Source: Mytilus edulis (Eukaryota). From it: a stretch of 64,000 nt of DNA. Position 1 is the stretch's first letter. The number at the start of each line of letters is the position of its first letter. A program made the position numbers and the translations under genes. Location of the stretch: assembly GCF_963676685.1 (NCBI RefSeq), contig NC_092346.1, positions 55,552,001 to 55,616,000 on the forward strand. Direction: 5' to 3'. The notes under the pieces were generated by a model, which made no database searches, was not told where the DNA came from, and was given only the letters and a program-made list of their open reading frames with translations. This document shows, in pieces, positions 37,032 to 49,542 of this stretch.

Positions 37032-38197
37032 GTGAGTACAGAGTAATTTTACATTTCTGTTATTAAAAAAATTGCACTCATTTATTTATTCGTAGAATAT
37101 TGAGATTGTTCAAAATAAATTTACATGAGAAACATACATTGGTTATTCGGGGAATAATCGACACAAGGGTACTTTTATCACTATATCATGACAGTTTTTC
37201 TTGTTTTGAATGATATAGTATTAGCAGTTCAGTGTTTTGAGTGATTTGCGTGTATGTGTGTTTATGTGTTTTGGGTGTTTTATTCAACATTGACCAATGA
37301 AGTTACAAAGGCATATAGCAGAACGTATGTAATAAAAAATCAGTACTGAATCTTTTTTTTAAATTGAAAATGTAACTTAATAAATCGGGTTTTATCCCCA
37401 AAATAAAATTCGTCCCCAAACGGAATCATTGAACCTCAAAAGTATCATTGAAAACTAGATTATTTCCTTAATAATACTTTTTCGTTAGATTTAGCCATTT
37501 TCACAATTAGAAAAATGTATTTTATATATATAGAGTCATTTTAAGCTTGCTTGAGTTTTTCGTTTCATATAATTACAATAGTAAATAGTAAAACATTGGA
37601 ACTGTTTAATGAATAGAACATTTGTACAGTTTCATTTATCACATATGTATTGAATGAAGCACTCCAAACACTGTGTTATATCACTTCTTCTATTATAATC
37701 AGCTGAAATATCGATGTTACTTTATACGTGTATGTTTCACACTTTTAACAAACTAGTGCATTGCATATATTTATACCATTTTACGTATAGCCATCTTTAA
37801 CATCTTCCACGACAGGTGGATGGAATGTATTAAAACGTAAGGCAAAATCAGAACATTTTAAAGATGATTTCTAAAGAAAGCTATGCACAAACAAAAATAA
37901 ACAAATTATGCCTCTTTTCATATTGTTTTTCGTGTGATTTTTAAAGTTTAAATCACATCCCTTATCTGAGAACCTATACAAGAAGAGATTTTTTATTTTA
38001 TTTTAACAACTTGTCAACAGTTTAATGTCCGCTGATCTATTTCTAATAGAGAACATTCTTGTTTTAAGATATTACGTGATATAAAGAAAAGGATAAAAAA
38101 ATCAAGATAACAGTAAGGTTAAAATTCAACCATCATTTATTCACAGAATATCAACTACATATATCATTTTCATAAGTTAATCACTTATTCATTTCAG

Positions 38198-38442
38198 GTG
38201 AACTCGGGGATCCAAAACATTTCAATTATCCAAATGAAGTCGGTGCAGCCTATACAAAAGACAGTTTGTGCTTAGATATCAAACAAGAAATAGAAAAGTT
38301 AAAAATGGCTGATTTGGTTATTTTCCAATTTCCAATGCAATGGGCCTCAGTTCCAGCTATTCTCAAGGGGTGGTTTGAGCGAGTTCTCATCAAAGATTTT
38401 GCATTCAGCTTTCTTAATATGTTTGATGAAGGACTTCTTAAG
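38198..38442 (+). CDS. NQO1: NQO1-like copy B, exon 2
   Basis: 245 nt, in frame, GELGDPKHFNYPNEVGAAYTKDSLCLDI...FDEGLLK|GT. Confidence 0.93.
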
Positions 38443-39504
38443 GTAATTGTTAAATATATCAGTGGATATTTCTATTTTAGTATGACTATGATAGTTGGAT
38501 AAATAGACACATATTCCTTGATTTTTATAAGATGAATACATAATCTTTCAATCAGTTAAATTGAGGTCTGGAGCTAACATGTCAATAACTGATAGCAGTC
38601 TTTTGATAACAGTCAGGAACCTGATGTTCATTAGTTGTCGTTTATTGATGTGGTTCATAGGTGTTTCTCGGGTTTTTTTTATATAGACTAGACCGTTGGT
38701 TTTCCCGTTTGAATGGATCTAACACTAGTAATTTTTGGGACCCTTTACAGCTTGCTGTTCGGTGTGAGCCAAGGCTCCGTGATGAAGACCGCACCTTGAC
38801 CTTTTACTTTTATAAATTATGACTTGGATATATAGTTGTATCATTGGCACTCATACCACATGTTCCTATATCTAATCATTGTCATTTTGCTTAGTTCTTT
38901 TGTTATCTATTCTGACATCGGACTCGAACTTCTTTCAAACTGAGTTTTATTGTGTGCGTATTGCTGTGTATTTGTTTATTCTACATTGGCTAAAGGTATA
39001 GGGGAGGGTTGAGGTTTAACCTCGTCATATTTTTACGCCTGTCTCAAGTTAGGAGCCTCTGGCCTTTGTTAATCTTCTATGTTTTTATACCCCCTCCGTG
39101 GACACAATCCACATTTATTTTATTTAAGTTCGTTTATATGTTTTAGAGTATAGTGTGACGTCCATTTTCACTGAACTAGTACACATGGGTTTTTTAAGGA
39201 TACATTCTCCATTTCCATTTTTAAACTATTGAAGTGAAGTGAAAGCTGCTTATCCTTCTATAACACCTAACTTTAAAAAAAAAAAAAAAAGATGATATGA
39301 TTGGCAATAAGACAATTATCCAACATATAGCAAATTACTTAAATGTGAGCGACTACTGATCACGGTACGGATATGAACAATGAGCAAAAATCATACTGTG
39401 TAGTATGCATCTAAGATCCCGAAATATAAAGCAATTCAAACGAAATAGTTACTAAACATTTTACGAACACGAAATTTGATAAATAACAACCAACGACCAC
39501 TTAA

Positions 39505-39778
39505 GGTGGTACCTAACATACAGGAAGATAACTCTGTAAAATCAGATAAACGTTTTAATTACGTTTTGTTGTTAAGGAACTATTAAGCTTCTCAATGATC
39601 AAAATTAGTGTTTGTCAAACTGCTGAATAACCAGTGTAATTTTTTTGAGAAAGTGATTGGTTCAATTTTTTTTTTTTAATTTTATGTTTTTGTCAAAGGG
39701 TCAATGTAAATACTTTGTCAAGATTTTATGAAAATTAAACGAGTCAAATTAATTTTAGTGAAGGTGTTGGGTACCACC
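39505..39778. mobile_element. TTAA-flanked MITE (Kolobok-like)
   Basis: TTAA-GGTGGTACCTAACA...TGTTGGGTACCACC-TTAA. Absent at the paralogous site near 27670. Confidence 0.85.
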
Positions 39779-40309
39779 TTAATCACAGGCTCCTGGGTTT
39801 GGACAGAATGTGGAAGGGGTATACATGCTAGCAATAGCCCAATCACCCCCTAAACTTAACAGCACAATATAAGAAAATACTATAAAATCACTTGAAAAGG
39901 CTTCACTCATCATATCGGTACAAAGCGCAGAAAACAACTAAATATATATAACACACAAAAAATAAGTACACATAAGAACTAACTTACAGTTCTTGTAGTT
40001 ACTAAAATCTACTAAAAAAAATAACAGCCAAAACAGTAAAAACAATCTAGGCAAACTTCCCAACCATATCTTTGTATTTATGTAAAAAAAAAAGTTAATC
40101 AAATGCTGCTTTCATATTAGTTACTTTGATAGACAGTTGCATCAATATTATCTCCGTGGTTTTCGTTCTATAAATCAGCTTTATATGTTTGTAACGTTTC
40201 TGGTTCCGTTAAAAAAAAACTACCTATATTATATTAATAACAACCTGGTCGTATTTATGAAAAGTTGATTACCAAACATTGTATATGTGATGCATATAAT
40301 CAATTGCAG

Positions 40310-40411
40310 GGAAAGAAATGTGTTTTATCAATGACAACAGGAAGTCCAGGAGGAATGTTTACACCTAATGGTTTGCTAGGCGACTTAGATGTTATTCTTT
40401 GGCCTATTCAG
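40310..40411 (+). CDS. NQO1: NQO1-like copy B, exon 3
   Basis: CAG|[34 protein letters not shown]|GT. Confidence 0.93.
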
Positions 40412-40505
40412 GTGATTATTTTCGAAGTTTTGAAGTATGATAAGTATATGAAAATAAAGAAGACACAATAGTAATTTAAACCCCATATGTTAAAAAATAC
40501 ATATA

Positions 40506-40714
40506 CTGTGAATTCATTTATTTTCGTGGGTATCAATTTTCGTGGATTGCTGAAAACTTGCATATTCGATGATATTTGATTTCGTGGTTTTGCCAATCTC
40601 TGTATTCAAAACCTATTGAAAAAGTGCTATTCGTTGAACATTTGAATTCGTGGTTCACCTGTCCCCACGAAACCCACGAAAATTGGTATCCAACGAATAA
40701 TAATGAATCCACAG
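40506..40714. mobile_element. TA-flanked Tc1/mariner-type MITE
   Basis: TA-CTGTGAATTCATT..TTCGTGG at left and CCACGAA..AATGAATCCACAG-TA at right. Confidence 0.85.
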
Positions 40715-42300
40715 TACCTTGACCTATAATGGTTTACTTTTATAAATTGTGACTTCGATCGAGAGTTGTCTCATTGGCACTCATACCACATCTTCCTATA
40801 TCTATTATATCTTCACTTGGTGGTATATAGGTAAAGATTTTTACAGAGAGTAAGGAATAAAAATGTAAAACCGTAAAATAGGCAATACTTTTCACTAAGA
40901 GATAGAACATTATTAAAAGCCCTTTTACAGGTATCTTTTTTTTCCAAATTCCACATCTAAATCACAAAACACGTGGAATACTAGTAGCAAGTTTCACAGT
41001 CTCTTTAAACGTCGCCTTTTATGTGTTTATTTCAATGTTGAATACTTAAACTTTCTCTTTTTTTGCACCTGCATGTTCATTACTCTTTTATTTTACCCCT
41101 TGCAAGGAAGTTGGTCCGTCCCTCAGACCTGTTCTTGTCATCTAAACTCCTCTGAAACAACACAACATAAATTCATGAAACTTTGTAGACAATATGGAAA
41201 TACAATGTAGATGTGCATATCGATAGGGAATATCGATTCAATTATTTAAATAGAAATTATGCCCCTTTAACATACAATTTTGGCCAAAATGTACTTTGTC
41301 ATCGCAACAGAATTTTATGAAACTTTGTAGATAATATGGATATACTATATAAATTCCAATTGGAAGTCCTCTAACAGACTGAGTGAGCGTAAAATCACTG
41401 TTATCGATAGCGATGACAAATAAATTAAAGGTAAATGATTCAGTATTATTACCAACAAAAGTATTGTGGTTGTCTACGCTGTTGTGCAACTGATTCAAAA
41501 TTATTAATTTTGGTGCTGAAAGGAAGTTATCATTGTACATTCGAACAATTTAAGGTCACATTTCCCAAATTGCACCAATTCAACAAAATTCGCCGTGGAT
41601 CGTTCAATTTTTCCTTGAGACTAAACAATTTATATTTTTTTGATTTGATATTATACACGTCTTTCAACATAAGTAAATATATCAAGATATACACAAAAGT
41701 TCACAGTATGTATTAAAAAAAATAAAGCATTCACTATAAAAAAAAAGTAAATCTACGGAAACGTTTCCATGCCACATTCACAAAAAGTCATCTTTCAAAA
41801 ACAAACAAATTAAATATGTTACAAGCATCCGTTTCTGAAAAATGAATATTAAGCATGGACTAATCTCAAATTGTTCTTAATATTTAAAAAAAGAAAGCAA
41901 GACATCTGAACTTCGAATTTTAATGAAGTGAATTTAAGCATGGATGCAATGTGGGTACAACTCATAACTGAATCATGGAACGTTTGAACGTCGGATCAAA
42001 CCCATTTTTCTATGATACATTATGGATTCAAAATTAAATTTGTGTAAATATATAAGAGATAAGGATACGTCTACAAAATGAACACAAACTGGTACGTTTT
42101 GTCTGAATCATAAAACAAAACGTATATGAAAAAAAAGGTCAAAATAGGTGCAATTTGGGAACCTGTACGTTACATTTAAATGTTGATTAAAACTCTTATC
42201 TATCATGACACGGCTTACTGTTATAATCATAGGGGAAAAACACAACTTAGTTTGATTAGAGTGTATAAAAACTAACAAATTATGTTGTGAATCTTTTCAG

Positions 42301-42576
42301 TATTGCACACTTCGAGGTTGTGGTTTTGATGTTCTGAAGCCACAGTGTATATTTTCACCTGCGTATGCCGATGACAAACAAAGAGAACAAATGCTACATG
42401 ATTGGGGAACTCGCTTAAAGAACATTTTAACAGAAGAACCCATAGTTTTCCCTTCGATTTCTAATTTTGATGCTAACAAAGGGTTTGTAATGTCAGACAA
42501 TTATGTGGAGGAGCAAAAGAATAAAGAAAACGGACCGTCTGTTGGACATCATCTGGGTAAAAAAATGCCACTCTAA
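42301..42576 (+). CDS. NQO1: NQO1-like copy B, exon 4 (270-aa protein in total)
   Basis: CAG|YCTLRGCGFDVLKPQ...GPSVGHHLGKKMPL*. Exons total 190+245+102+276 = 813 nt. Confidence 0.93.
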   Translation, partial: YCTLRGCGFDVLKPQCIFSPAYADDKQREQMLHDWGTRLKNILTEEPIVFPSISNFDANKGFVMSDNYVEEQKNKENGPSVGHHLGKKMPL

Positions 42577-42681
42577 ACACAGTAGCAAACATTTTAAAGT
42601 TAATGATATTATCGCTACATATCTGTAAATGATTTGAATAAATATGTTTTTAATTTTTTTGTGTCATTTTTTTTTATTTGA

Positions 42682-42725
42682 ACGTCACTGATGAGTCTTT
42701 TGTAGACAAAGAACGCGTCTGACGT
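42682..42725 (+). ncRNA. Hammerhead motif with a mutated GAAA box, in the 3' region of NQO copy B
   Basis: ACGTCA-CTGATGA-GTC-TTTTGTA-GAC-AAAGAACGCG-TC-TGACGT. Stems I and II are perfect. Confidence 0.65.
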
Positions 42726-45700
42726 AAATACTAAATAGAAATCCTGGTATTTATGATGAGTTTATTAAACCATATCTTGAATGACCACAATACATTTCCG
42801 TATAATAATTTTTTTTCCAGGCCGTAAAGGCAACCATTCAAAATAAACATTTCAACTATCATAAACCAAATTTCAAAGACATTGAATTTAAAAACCATAC
42901 GACAAACAATGTCTAGCCTTCCCTGAAGGACTTTTAACTTCACTGAAATTGATATAGAAAAAAAATACTTCCATATCTGAAGACAAACACTGCTGCGGAT
43001 ACACACAATTACACCATGGGCACTGAATAAATAAAGGTAACAGTAGCATACTGATGTTCTGCTAGGTAATCGTGAAAATTGGCCTGCTAGTTATGAACAT
43101 TGCATCATATATACATATCCTATAAAGGTTACCAGGTGCCACACAAATGCAACAGAATAGTGATTTGGAGAAACATGACATTTAAAATTTTAGATAAATT
43201 TATAAATCTATACCTTTTTTGTTTGTCTTTTCTTGTTTTAAAACTCAAATTGACCTTAATAGTAGACAAATTTTACAAGTCAACGCAATTTTAAAGCTTT
43301 TAAATTTCAATTGTGTTGTGTTTTAGCATACCAAAATCCTTGGTTAACATTTGGTAAATACTTAATTAATTACTAACAGCTGGGGACAAATTTAGATTTA
43401 ATTCATGTAACATTATATCTTTGTACTTGCTCAAAATATAAATGTATTATATATCGGCATCAAAAAATATAAAGCGTTCCATATTGAGGTTGCTTCAAAC
43501 TGCGCATCGTTTCTTTTCCTAGGGTAGCTGATAAAGTATCAATTTATGACTGAACCAAGTCTTTCCTTCAAAATGTCTATATTAGTTGCTAAGGACGGAC
43601 AATAAATAACAAAAAATAACATATATTGTCATAGTAAAAGATGTTACTCACTCAGAATTGTATCTATAATTTAAATATTAATAGATTTGTGAATTGATTT
43701 GTCTTAATAAAAAAAGTAATTCTGTGATTTCTCAAATGCCATAAAGTAGCAATACACAACAAGATAGAAAAAAACACTTATAATTGACATAATTTTTGAT
43801 CACCCTTCCTTTCTGACAAATAAGACAAATAATATATGTGTTATGCATGAAATGTATATATTTCTGGCAAGAACATCTTCCATAGATTTGATTTACACTA
43901 GTTTAAATGGTGAAATATAATCACTTTTTGGTGTAACTATGGCAACAATCTGCATTTATTTAATACAAAATATTGCAAAAAGGAGGGGGTGAAAATGTCA
44001 CAAAAGAAACGAAACCTCTATTTGTGTATTGCTATCATAAGAGAAAAACAACAGAACAACAGAAACACTGAACTGCAACAAAAACAAACACCAACATACA
44101 TAGAAACGGACTGTTTGATTAAAACTCCCATATTCTTGACTTGGTACATGACATATTAAGAAAGAATGTTGGGTTAAACCTTGTTTTATGGTAAAATCAT
44201 AGGAAATAATCTCGTCATAGGGTTGAAATTTTGTACAATTTTGTACACTAGTCGTGAGTTTTGTAAAATAAACTCATCAGTGACGCTCTGACAAAAAAGT
44301 TTAAAAAAAACGCCAAAAAGTACAAAGTTGAAGTTCATCGAGAATTCAAAATTCCTAAAAATATAACAAATACAGCCAAAGTACAGTTTATAACTAGCCC
44401 ATGCTGGCAAACACGATACATTTTATCCTCTACAATATATATCCAGAAGATTATCCTGCTAAAAATAGCTGATTGATGTGTCAATGAAATCAACATTCAC
44501 ATGGATACAGAGAAAAAAACTGACTGTCTAATTATGGATTTATCTAAGACTTTCCATCAAGTAAGTCACACCTTTTACTGACTATCAGCATGCGTTTTAC
44601 ATCTCCATCAGACGGGAAGCCAAAAAATGAATTCACCGCCTTGCTGACAGGAAACAACTGGTAGAAGGGGAAACATCTGAAATAACCAAGATCACTTATG
44701 AATATGTCTCGATAAACTTATTTAGGAAACAAAATGGAAAATGGTCTTCCACCTGCATAAATGCAATTTACTAACAAAATCAAGAAAACGTATTTACAGT
44801 AAGAGAGTACACATTGAAAAAGTCATAAATCGATTGACGGGGGAATCCGGCTTACAGACTAAAACCGAGGGGACACGTCAACTGTAAGAAGATAACAACT
44901 TAACAGAAAAACCTGAAGTGTAACAAATACAAACGCCAATTCAAATCTTTATTGCCATAAAACTACATTTTATTTTAAGATATCTTCCCTTTTCTAATAA
45001 TATATTGTGGTCACTTATTATAAATTTTGTTAGTTTAAATTTCTAAATTTAAATTTTGAGCAAGTTAAATATTTTTCTTCTGTATTAATTAGTTTTACGC
45101 GTTTATAAATAGTGAGTTTGCTGTGTTCCATTATATCTGATATTTACTATCTATTCATGAAAATACTTCAATTTTAATTATATTTGTTCTCTTATAGTTT
45201 AAGTTATCTTTTGTAAGAAATATTTCTTAAAAAGTGTCCACACCCATAACAGTTTCTTCTAGAGTCGTGTTTGACATTTGGAACTAAGATTAATTAAATT
45301 CCCGCAGAGTCTAAGTTTTAAGAAAATATAAAGGATTCTTTTAAAAGAAGATGTATGTCTTCAGAATATAATCTAATAAGATACAATACAGTTTGAAATT
45401 TAATATTTAGTTCCAGAGGAACTCTCCTCAGATCAGCTCTTGTACCTAAATTTATTGAAGTTTCTTATATTAAGTGTATATTTATAAAACTGTAGATGTA
45501 ACTTTTCTAAACGTGTTTTATCAATGAAATAAAAAGGGTCCAATTGTTTTCTTGAGGTATTTGCTATTTTTTTTTACTCTAAAATATGTTATATACGAAT
45601 CCAAAAATGCAACTTCTTACAATTACGCACAAACTTGCTAACTGGATGGTCAATGTTGACACAGAAAAAAAATCCACAACACCAGACAGAATATCTCGAA

Positions 45701-46592
45701 ACAAAAAATGTCAACCGATTCCGAATACCGTCGTTTAGAACAAATTGGAAGAACAAATCATTTTATCGAAGAAAATTTACAGCATTGAATGCATTTCCAA
45801 TTGCGTCATCGGTGCTGGTTGTCTTGGGTCATAAAAGACCGGGCTACACTAGATGGACTAGACAATCATTCAGGATATTCTCAACTCAACTTCATTGTAT
45901 ATATGGGATGCATAAAATACACTAGCTCTAACTACATTCGCACCCAAATGTAATTATCAGGGGTTTTATCGGTTCATTTATATTCTTGGCTTTCAAAAAT
46001 TCGGTTTTGAGTTTTTCCGATGAAAGAAAATCCAGAAAAGCGTTTCGGAAGCATGACATTTCTCATCTGCTGTTTTCCTTTTTTATTGATGAAATAATAA
46101 TGATGATATAATAAAACACAGAAATATCTAGATAAATAAATTTGAACATGCCCACATCTCGCTTTTTCCTGATATTCATTTAACTGTTGGATACAGTTAT
46201 GGTAAACGCTTACTTATGAAATCTTAAATCTCTGTGCTAAAGATTTTAAATTATTTGGGTATTTTGTGTCAGAAATTGATATACCATATACCTTCTTAAT
46301 CATTTACTAGTCTTCATTTTTACAAAATTGTTCCATGTCTTAGCGCTGTAATCGGCCGAAAAGTGGGTCAACATGAATGAAACCCATATAGTTTGCATAA
46401 ACTATATATATACTAATACTAAAATTGAGTTGAATATTTAGTGTCCTTATTTCACATTTAGTTTTGATACCAGTATCTTCTTTGTTACAGGAAGATCATA
46501 AATTATTACTATTATGGCTATTTAAAGTTTTTATTTTGCATTTTAGAATAATGATCATATCCAAGTTATTTTTAGGCATGTTGGCCATCAAT

Positions 46593-48103
46593 TCTTAATC
46601 TTTAAAGACCCAAATATTACAAAACACTTGTCCTATGTCCATGACAAATGTGTTGTGATCGCAGATAAAGCTCCAAATAACATCGTTTTTGTTTGTAAAT
46701 CTCAACTGCTTGATAAATGAATCTGATATTGAAAATTCACTTGGAAACTCAACATATACCCTCACGACACTTACCAAAGAGGAAATCCTGTATAATCATA
46801 GGTCTATTCTATGTTCCTTTGGAATTTCAACCAAATATGAAGAACGAACTGGATCTTCCATCACTGTATTGGATACCTAAACTACATAAGTGTCCTCACA
46901 AACAACGGTATATTGATGGGTCTTCCAAGTGCTCCAAGAAACCTCTTTCTAAATTATTTACATCTATTTTATCAGCAAAGCCGGGCTTCAAAGTTATGGT
47001 GAAACTGCCTATTCTAGAGGCGGCTTGAATCAGATGTGGATACTAAAAAATCCAAATATCTTGTATAGTACGTGCAATCTAAGACTCTTTCATCTTGCAT
47101 TAATAGTATAAAAAATGACTTTTCTACACTATTCCTAATTCCAAAATAAAAAGACAAATTAAAAGAGTTGGTATTGCTTTGTTCTATATATATAAAAAAA
47201 AAGGATCAATCTTAGTTTGTAAAGAATCACTCTGATTCAAACAAAATATTCTCTGAAACTGACATTATCAAGATGCTGGGTTTCTTGACTGACAACATAT
47301 TTGTTACGTTTGGAGGATTGGAATCAATTTTGCCCCCTCTTCTTGACGAGTTGTTCCTGTATTATCATGAGGCTGACTATATAGAAATTGTTTAAAAGAT
47401 AAGAAGTTAGCAATATCCTTTAACGTAACGTTCCGCTATAAAGATATTCGCTCTCTAATTCATTCAAAATTTGGTGACTATGTTGAACGCATCTATCTCA
47501 TCGAACTAGAGATAAAGGATACTACAGGTACAGCTAAGTCTGTCTCATATCTTGACTCACATATAGAAATTGACAGTGAGGGTCGTTTGGAAACAAAACT
47601 TTACGACAAGAGATGATTTCAGCTTCCCAATTTTGAACTTTCCATTTTTATGTAACAACATTCCAACAGCACCTGCATACGGAGTATATATCTCCCAGTT
47701 GATACGATATTCCCGTGGTTGTATTTCCTATCATGATTTCCTTGATACAGGGTTGCTGCTCACAAGGAAGCTATTAAACCAAGATTTCCAAATTGTGAAG
47801 TTGAAATCATCCTTTCGTAAATTTTTCACCAGTTGACCGTTGTGGAATATCCGATTCACAGGATGATATCGGATATGTTCCTTATGTCGTAACTACAATC
47901 CCGTTCCCTATTCACGAATGTCACCTACATAATTATGCTATTTACCGGGTTTGTAATAACAGAAGCAACACGACGGGTGCAACATGTGGTGCAGGATTTT
48001 GCTTACCCTTCTGATTGTCTGATGTTGGTTTTTTTTTTAGTGCTGTCGGTTTATTTTCGATCTATGAGTTTGACTATCCTCTGGTATTTTTCGCCCCTCT
48101 TTT
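46593..48103 (+). mobile_element. 5'-truncated, degenerate Penelope-like retroelement (RT, thumb and 3' tail)
   Basis: ADKAPNNIVFVCK, LPSLYWIPKLHKCPHKQRYI and RDDFSFPILNFPFLCNNIPTAPAYGVYISQLIRYSR; many frameshifts. Confidence 0.85.
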
Positions 48104-48706
48104 AAAGGAGATAGACCTTGATATTATTGGTATCTTTGCATGATTTTTTCATAACTATCAAAAGTCGTTGCCTTATTAGGCTAATGTAGGTTTATTTGTG
48201 GGTATATTCCCCTATCATTCACTGAAAAGACATAATTGTCATAATGAACATTTGGTGCAATTAAACTGGTACTGTTTGTGTTATTGATATTTTCCCGATG
48301 TACAGACAGATGACAGACGTAACGATTTCAACTTTTCAACTGTCAACTTCAAAATAACAAAACGTGCCATCTGCTACATCGCATGACGTTTACATATCTC
48401 AGTTAATACGTTATGATCATACATGATCATATTATAAGCATTTTATAAACAGGGGTGCTCCTTGTACACATCGGTTGACTGATATGATGCATTGGTGTTT
48501 AAACTCACTTGCAAAGATGTGATGATGTTGGGATAAAATGTTCGATTATCTTGATACATATTGAGGACTTTCATGCAGTGATGGATATGTTGTTTTTCCC
48601 TTTTTTTGGCTTCGGCCTGGTGGTTGAGTTTGGTACAAAGTATCTGACCGTTTTTGTAAGGCAAAAGCAGTTTAAATGGCCCCTAGATTTGGCAATTATA
48701 TGGAAT

Positions 48707-48765
48707 TAGTTATCAAAGGTACCAGGATTATAATTTAGTACGCCAGACGCGCGTTTCGTCTACAT
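48707..48765 (-). repeat. Truncated retrozyme-like repeat (3' half of the hammerhead only)
   Basis: Minus strand GTAGAC-GAAA-CGCGCG-TC-TGGCGT, with the same flank as 32929-32985. Confidence 0.75.
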
Positions 48766-49542
48766 GGAAGATGTACGAGATGGTAAACAAAGATGTTTCG
48801 CTCTTAAATCTTTTAATACCAGTAAAGTCATCTCCTCAGTTATTTTCAAAAATCTGTCTTCATCCTTGATTATGACATTTTTATAAGTTTTGACTCGCAT
48901 AACAGGTAATGCATGTACATAGATGTCAACACACTGGATCTCGCTCCTATTAGAGTTGATGCAAATCACCAGTTTTTGTTTTTATCTTGATTTGTCTTTT
49001 CTTAATCGATTTACAAGATTTGATTATCGGTAAACAACAGGTGCCTTAAATAATAAAAAAAAATATATATAGGATGAAGAAAAAGTTGTGTCTCAATATT
49101 CTCAATTTGCCTTGCTATGAAAGACATATCAAAAGTTTTCAACAGAGAACATATGGCACACAATTGAGAGAATATTTTGAAAGATGAGAAAATATTCAAA
49201 GGAAACAACTGAGTAAAGATGAAACTATTTTTTTATTTTCACATCTTTAATCTCATCTGGTAAATATTAAATGATCAACCACTTTCGAAAATCATTACAT
49301 GATTTATAACACATGAAAATGAGGGCATAAAAATCTCAATTTGAAATGAAATGCAATATCAATTACTGAATTAACATACAAATTGGTAATCTTTTTATCC
49401 ATATTTAAAAGAATTACATTATATGATAATAATAACTATTGCTTGTTTTGAAAACAAATATCTTCTGGAATGATAACATAAATAGAATAGTCATGAATAT
49501 CAATCTTTTTTCTTTTTCTTTGATATCTAACCTGGTGACCTA

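Noticed and set aside
47880-48000. SECIS element in the Penelope-like tail
   Set aside because: Could not build helix II with the AUGA/GA quartet by eye in this decayed copy.
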